Of a DNA stretch of 64,000 nt, positions 61,277-64,000 are shown in pieces. The stretch's first letter is position 1. Each line of letters begins with the position of its first letter. The stretch is taken from the NCBI GenBank assembly GCA_964458305.1, contig CAYWIH010000005.1:1591-65590 (forward strand). The letters are read 5' to 3'. The notes under the pieces were generated by a model, which did not search any database, was not told where the DNA came from, and saw nothing but the letters and a program-made list of their open reading frames with translations. Both the position numbers and the translations under genes were made by a program. The DNA comes from an uncultured bacterium (GTDB lineage: Bacteria > Cyanobacteriota > Cyanobacteriia > Cyanobacteriales > JASJDA01).

Positions 61277-61933
61277 ATGTCTATTTGGACTGATACATTA
61301 GAAAAAGTTGTAAAATTCACAGTCGATAACTTAACCGCAGAAGAATCGGCAACCAGATATTACCAAAAAGCTCAAGAATTAAGAGCTAGAGGAAGATATG
61401 ACGGTGCTTTAAGCAATTACGAAAAAGCGATTAATACCGACCCAGGAGTATATATATATTGGCACGATATGGGTTCTTGTTTGCTAGATTCAGAACGCTA
61501 CAAAGAAGCAGTATTTTACCTAGAAAATGCTAGCAATCTAGAAACTAACGACGTATCAATTTGGAGTAATTTAGCATTCGCACATATTGGCTTACAAGAA
61601 TATCGTAAAGCTAAAGAAGCAAGCGAAAAAGCAGTCGAGTTAGATCCAGAAAACCATCTTTGTTGGTCTACCTATGCTTTTTGTTACCAAAATTTAAAAC
61701 GCTACGATCGAGCCAAAGAATCTTATCAAAGAGCGATCGATCTCGAAGGAAACAACCCCGAATACTGGAAAAATCTGGGTTTTTGTTGCGAAGAGCTAAA
61801 ACAATATAAAAAAGCTTTAAATGCTTACAAAAAAGCCAAAGAGTTAGATCCAGAAAACCCAGAATATCTCCAACTGATCTGCGAAGCTCAAGATCGCTCC
61901 CATAAAAAGAAAAAAGGATTTATTTTTTGGTAA
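61277..61933 (+). CDS. TPR repeat protein
   Basis: 218 aa with about five 34-aa TPR units (..Y.KA...DP.N...W...). Confidence 0.8.
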   Translation: MSIWTDTLEKVVKFTVDNLTAEESATRYYQKAQELRARGRYDGALSNYEKAINTDPGVYIYWHDMGSCLLDSERYKEAVFYLENASNLETNDVSIWSNLAFAHIGLQEYRKAKEASEKAVELDPENHLCWSTYAFCYQNLKRYDRAKESYQRAIDLEGNNPEYWKNLGFCCEELKQYKKALNAYKKAKELDPENPEYLQLICEAQDRSHKKKKGFIFW

Positions 61934-61951
61934 AAATAACGATCGAGGAGT

Positions 61952-63226
61952 TTACTTCTCAAAATGTTTATAAGCGGTGCGAGAAATCTTCTGAATTATA
62001 GTTCTCGCATCGTTCTCGTTTTGATAAGTATAGGGATGTTTTACCATAACTGCAGCCAAATAACGTTTACCGTTGGGCAGATCGATTAAACCAGCATCGG
62101 CGAGAATAGTGCCAATATCGCCAGTTTTATGGGCGATTACCGCACCTTTACCCAAACCTTGAGGAAGCAGAGTTTTCGTGCGAGTTTTTCTCATAATCCC
62201 AAAGAAACGATCGCGCGATCGCAAAGAAAGCAAATCACCACGCTCGACTAAAGCTAAGACATAAGCCAGATCGAAAGCACTAGTAGTATTAGTACCTTTT
62301 AAATCGGCCAGAGGATTATTAATAACGGTATTTTTCAATCCCCAACTGAGAAAGCGTTTATTTAAAACTTCCGCACCTCCCATACGCTCGATCAGCATAT
62401 TTGTTGCGGTATTATCGCTGATAACAATAGTTTTAGTAGCCGTTTCCAAAGCACTAAATTGAGTCCCGGGTTTGCGATATTGCATCGATCCCGATCCGCC
62501 AGCGATCGCCTCTTTATTCATTGTCAGCATTTCATCGAGAGCGATTTTTCCCGCATCTACATCTTGAAAAAACGCCACTAAAATCGGAATTTTAATCGTA
62601 CTGGCTGCAGAAGTTGCCGTATTTGCTTCTATATCTACATAACTACCGTCGTCGAGATCGAAAAAGAAAACCCTCGGTTGCATTTGCGGATGTTTACTGG
62701 CGATCGCGATCGCTTCGTGTTTTAGCGAAGTTAGTTCTCGATTTAAATTTAAACCGGGTATCTTACCTAATGAGGTTTCTTCAGTGGCGGCGATTTTTGG
62801 TGTTTCTGCTTCTAACGGAGGTGCTGAGGAAGTCAGATCTAAAGAAGATAAAATTGTCCCGGCGATCGCCCCCAACCCGACACCAACGATCGTCAATCGA
62901 ATCCCATACAAACATACTTTCGTCCAAAATGGTAGTTCTGGACGCTTTTTTTTCCGCTTAATTGGGATTGTTTTGGCTTTTGTAGCCCGAGCTTTTGTTT
63001 TTTTGGGCTGACTTTTTGGCTCGAACTGAGGTGCTGGTAAATTTAGTTTTACGCTGCGATTTTCTGCTGGCAAGGGAACTATTTCTCGCTCGGTTATTTG
63101 TGGTTCTTCTTTTGCTATTTCCAAAGTAGTTGTTGGTTTTCTTACTACTGGAAATAATGCGATTTTACTCCCAGAGAGATCGGGAGAAGTCCGTTTTCGA
63201 TCTTTGTTTGTTTTTCTTACAGCCAT
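61952..63226 (-). CDS. Class A beta-lactamase-like serine hydrolase with N-terminal membrane anchor
   Basis: 424 aa with STIK (AASTIKIPI), SDN (VISDNTATN) and KTG (AHKTGDIG) motifs. The basic N-terminus is followed by one TM segment. Confidence 0.75.
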   Translation of the reverse strand: MAVRKTNKDRKRTSPDLSGSKIALFPVVRKPTTTLEIAKEEPQITEREIVPLPAENRSVKLNLPAPQFEPKSQPKKTKARATKAKTIPIKRKKKRPELPFWTKVCLYGIRLTIVGVGLGAIAGTILSSLDLTSSAPPLEAETPKIAATEETSLGKIPGLNLNRELTSLKHEAIAIASKHPQMQPRVFFFDLDDGSYVDIEANTATSAASTIKIPILVAFFQDVDAGKIALDEMLTMNKEAIAGGSGSMQYRKPGTQFSALETATKTIVISDNTATNMLIERMGGAEVLNKRFLSWGLKNTVINNPLADLKGTNTTSAFDLAYVLALVERGDLLSLRSRDRFFGIMRKTRTKTLLPQGLGKGAVIAHKTGDIGTILADAGLIDLPNGKRYLAAVMVKHPYTYQNENDARTIIQKISRTAYKHFEK

Positions 63227-63419
63227 TGTTTTACCAGATTTTAGGAACGTTCTATACTTTTAGGTTTCAAGTGTTTTTGTAATCTTAAATACTTGCGCTC
63301 GACTTCACTTTTAATAGCTAAAACTTTACGGGGTATTAGGACTATATTTAACGCTCGAAGCTATATAAAAAAACAAAAATTAAAATGCTGTAAAAAAACT
63401 CATTTATTTCTTAAACTAA

Positions 63420-64000
63420 CTAACGCTCCGCTCCTTCGGAATTAATTGCCCAATTTACCTGTCTGATAATACCCCGCAACATCGCTACTTCTTCGGAACT
63501 GAGAGAATTACGATTGTACAAACGGCGAAATTTTTCCATACGCGATTCTACAGTATGAGGATAAAGATAGCCAATTTTAAGTAACAATTGTTGTAAATCT
63601 TGATAATATCCTTCTAACTGTTCGATCGGCGCGGGAACGATCGCAGTTTTAGGGATTACTTCGGCCGAAATATTTGCTTGATACAATTCGTAAGCACAAA
63701 CTGCAACAGCTTGAGCCAAATTTAAAGAAGGATATTCGGGATTAGCCGGAATGCAAACGAATCTTTGTGCGTATGCCAGTTCTATATTACTCAAGCCTCG
63801 ATCTTCAGGGCCGAAAATTAAAGCAGATTTAAGATTATCGATCAACAACCAAGGTAAAGCGACTCGAGGGGTTTCTAAAGGAGTATTAACGGAGCGCGAT
63901 CGAGCGGTAGTAGCGATCGCCCGATGATGTCCTTGTAAAGCTTTTTCTAAACTATCTACTACAATAGCCCTATCTAAAATATCGCCAGCGTGGACGGCCA
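63420..64000 (-). CDS. SpoU/TrmH-family RNA 2'-O-methyltransferase (TrmJ-like), 5' end beyond the window
   Basis: The frame stays open upstream of the track start (TTG 63848) to the window edge (..AVHAGDILDRAIVVDSLEKALQGHHRAIATTARSRS..). The motifs ALIFGPEDRGLSN and SLNLAQAVAVCAYEL are present. Confidence 0.75.
   Translation of the reverse strand, partial: AVHAGDILDRAIVVDSLEKALQGHHRAIATTARSRSVNTPLETPRVALPWLLIDNLKSALIFGPEDRGLSNIELAYAQRFVCIPANPEYPSLNLAQAVAVCAYELYQANISAEVIPKTAIVPAPIEQLEGYYQDLQQLLLKIGYLYPHTVESRMEKFRRLYNRNSLSSEEVAMLRGIIRQVNWAINSEGAER

Overview
AT-rich cyanobacterial DNA: the HIP1 palindrome GCGATCGC and its CGATCG core are scattered throughout. Gene calls rest on motif and architecture recognition by eye; no database search was possible. 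Coordinates of non-ORF elements were hand-indexed and may be off by 1-2 nt. Layout: (1) nt 430-12871 holds a complete Pix/Ptx-type phototaxis-like chemosensory locus. It contains CheW, a soluble 1814-aa MCP with seven tandem GAF domains, CheA-REC, a double CheW, and convergent CheY-like and PatA-type regulators. (2) nt 13271-19326 holds the nif activator cnfR/patB, one unknown ORF and an aa3-type cytochrome c oxidase operon (coxBAC). (3) nt 20123-25523 holds an MddA-like membrane methyltransferase and a 1523-aa CheB-CheR-PAS-HK-REC hybrid sensor. (4) nt 26062-50310 holds a large Mo-nitrogenase island. The minus strand carries an arsC-like gene, CBS-CP12, nifT, nifZ, nifV, DUF2949 and nifP/cysE. 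The plus strand carries nifB, orf56, nifS, nifH, nifD, nifK, a Mo-nitro_C protein, nifE, nifN, a DUF269-like gene, nifX, DUF269, DUF683, nifW, hesA, hesB and fdxH, followed by mop and modA-modBC. (5) nt 50222-55804 holds an 1860-aa Ser/Thr kinase-AAA-TPR-GAF protein ending in an AAA_35-like module. (6) The remainder is housekeeping: ycf54, DUF212, crtE, an amidase, a TPR protein, a beta-lactamase-like hydrolase and trmJ-like. No rRNA, tRNA, CRISPR array, transposase or nifD/fdxN excision element was seen. The most notable observations are these. The nifP-nifB divergent control region carries strand-polarised GAGTAC boxes and a 22-bp tandem/inverted element. fdxN and nifU are missing from their canonical slots, and a Cys-free, Trp/Tyr-rich 56-aa ORF is translationally coupled to nifB instead. 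An extra divergent DUF269 paralog sits before nifX. A CBS-CP12 fusion lies inside the nif island. Four GAF domains of the MCP have Cys-Tyr in place of Cys-His plus extra conserved Cys. An A9 tract breaks the modA signal peptide. The kinase-AAA_35 fusion is unusual.
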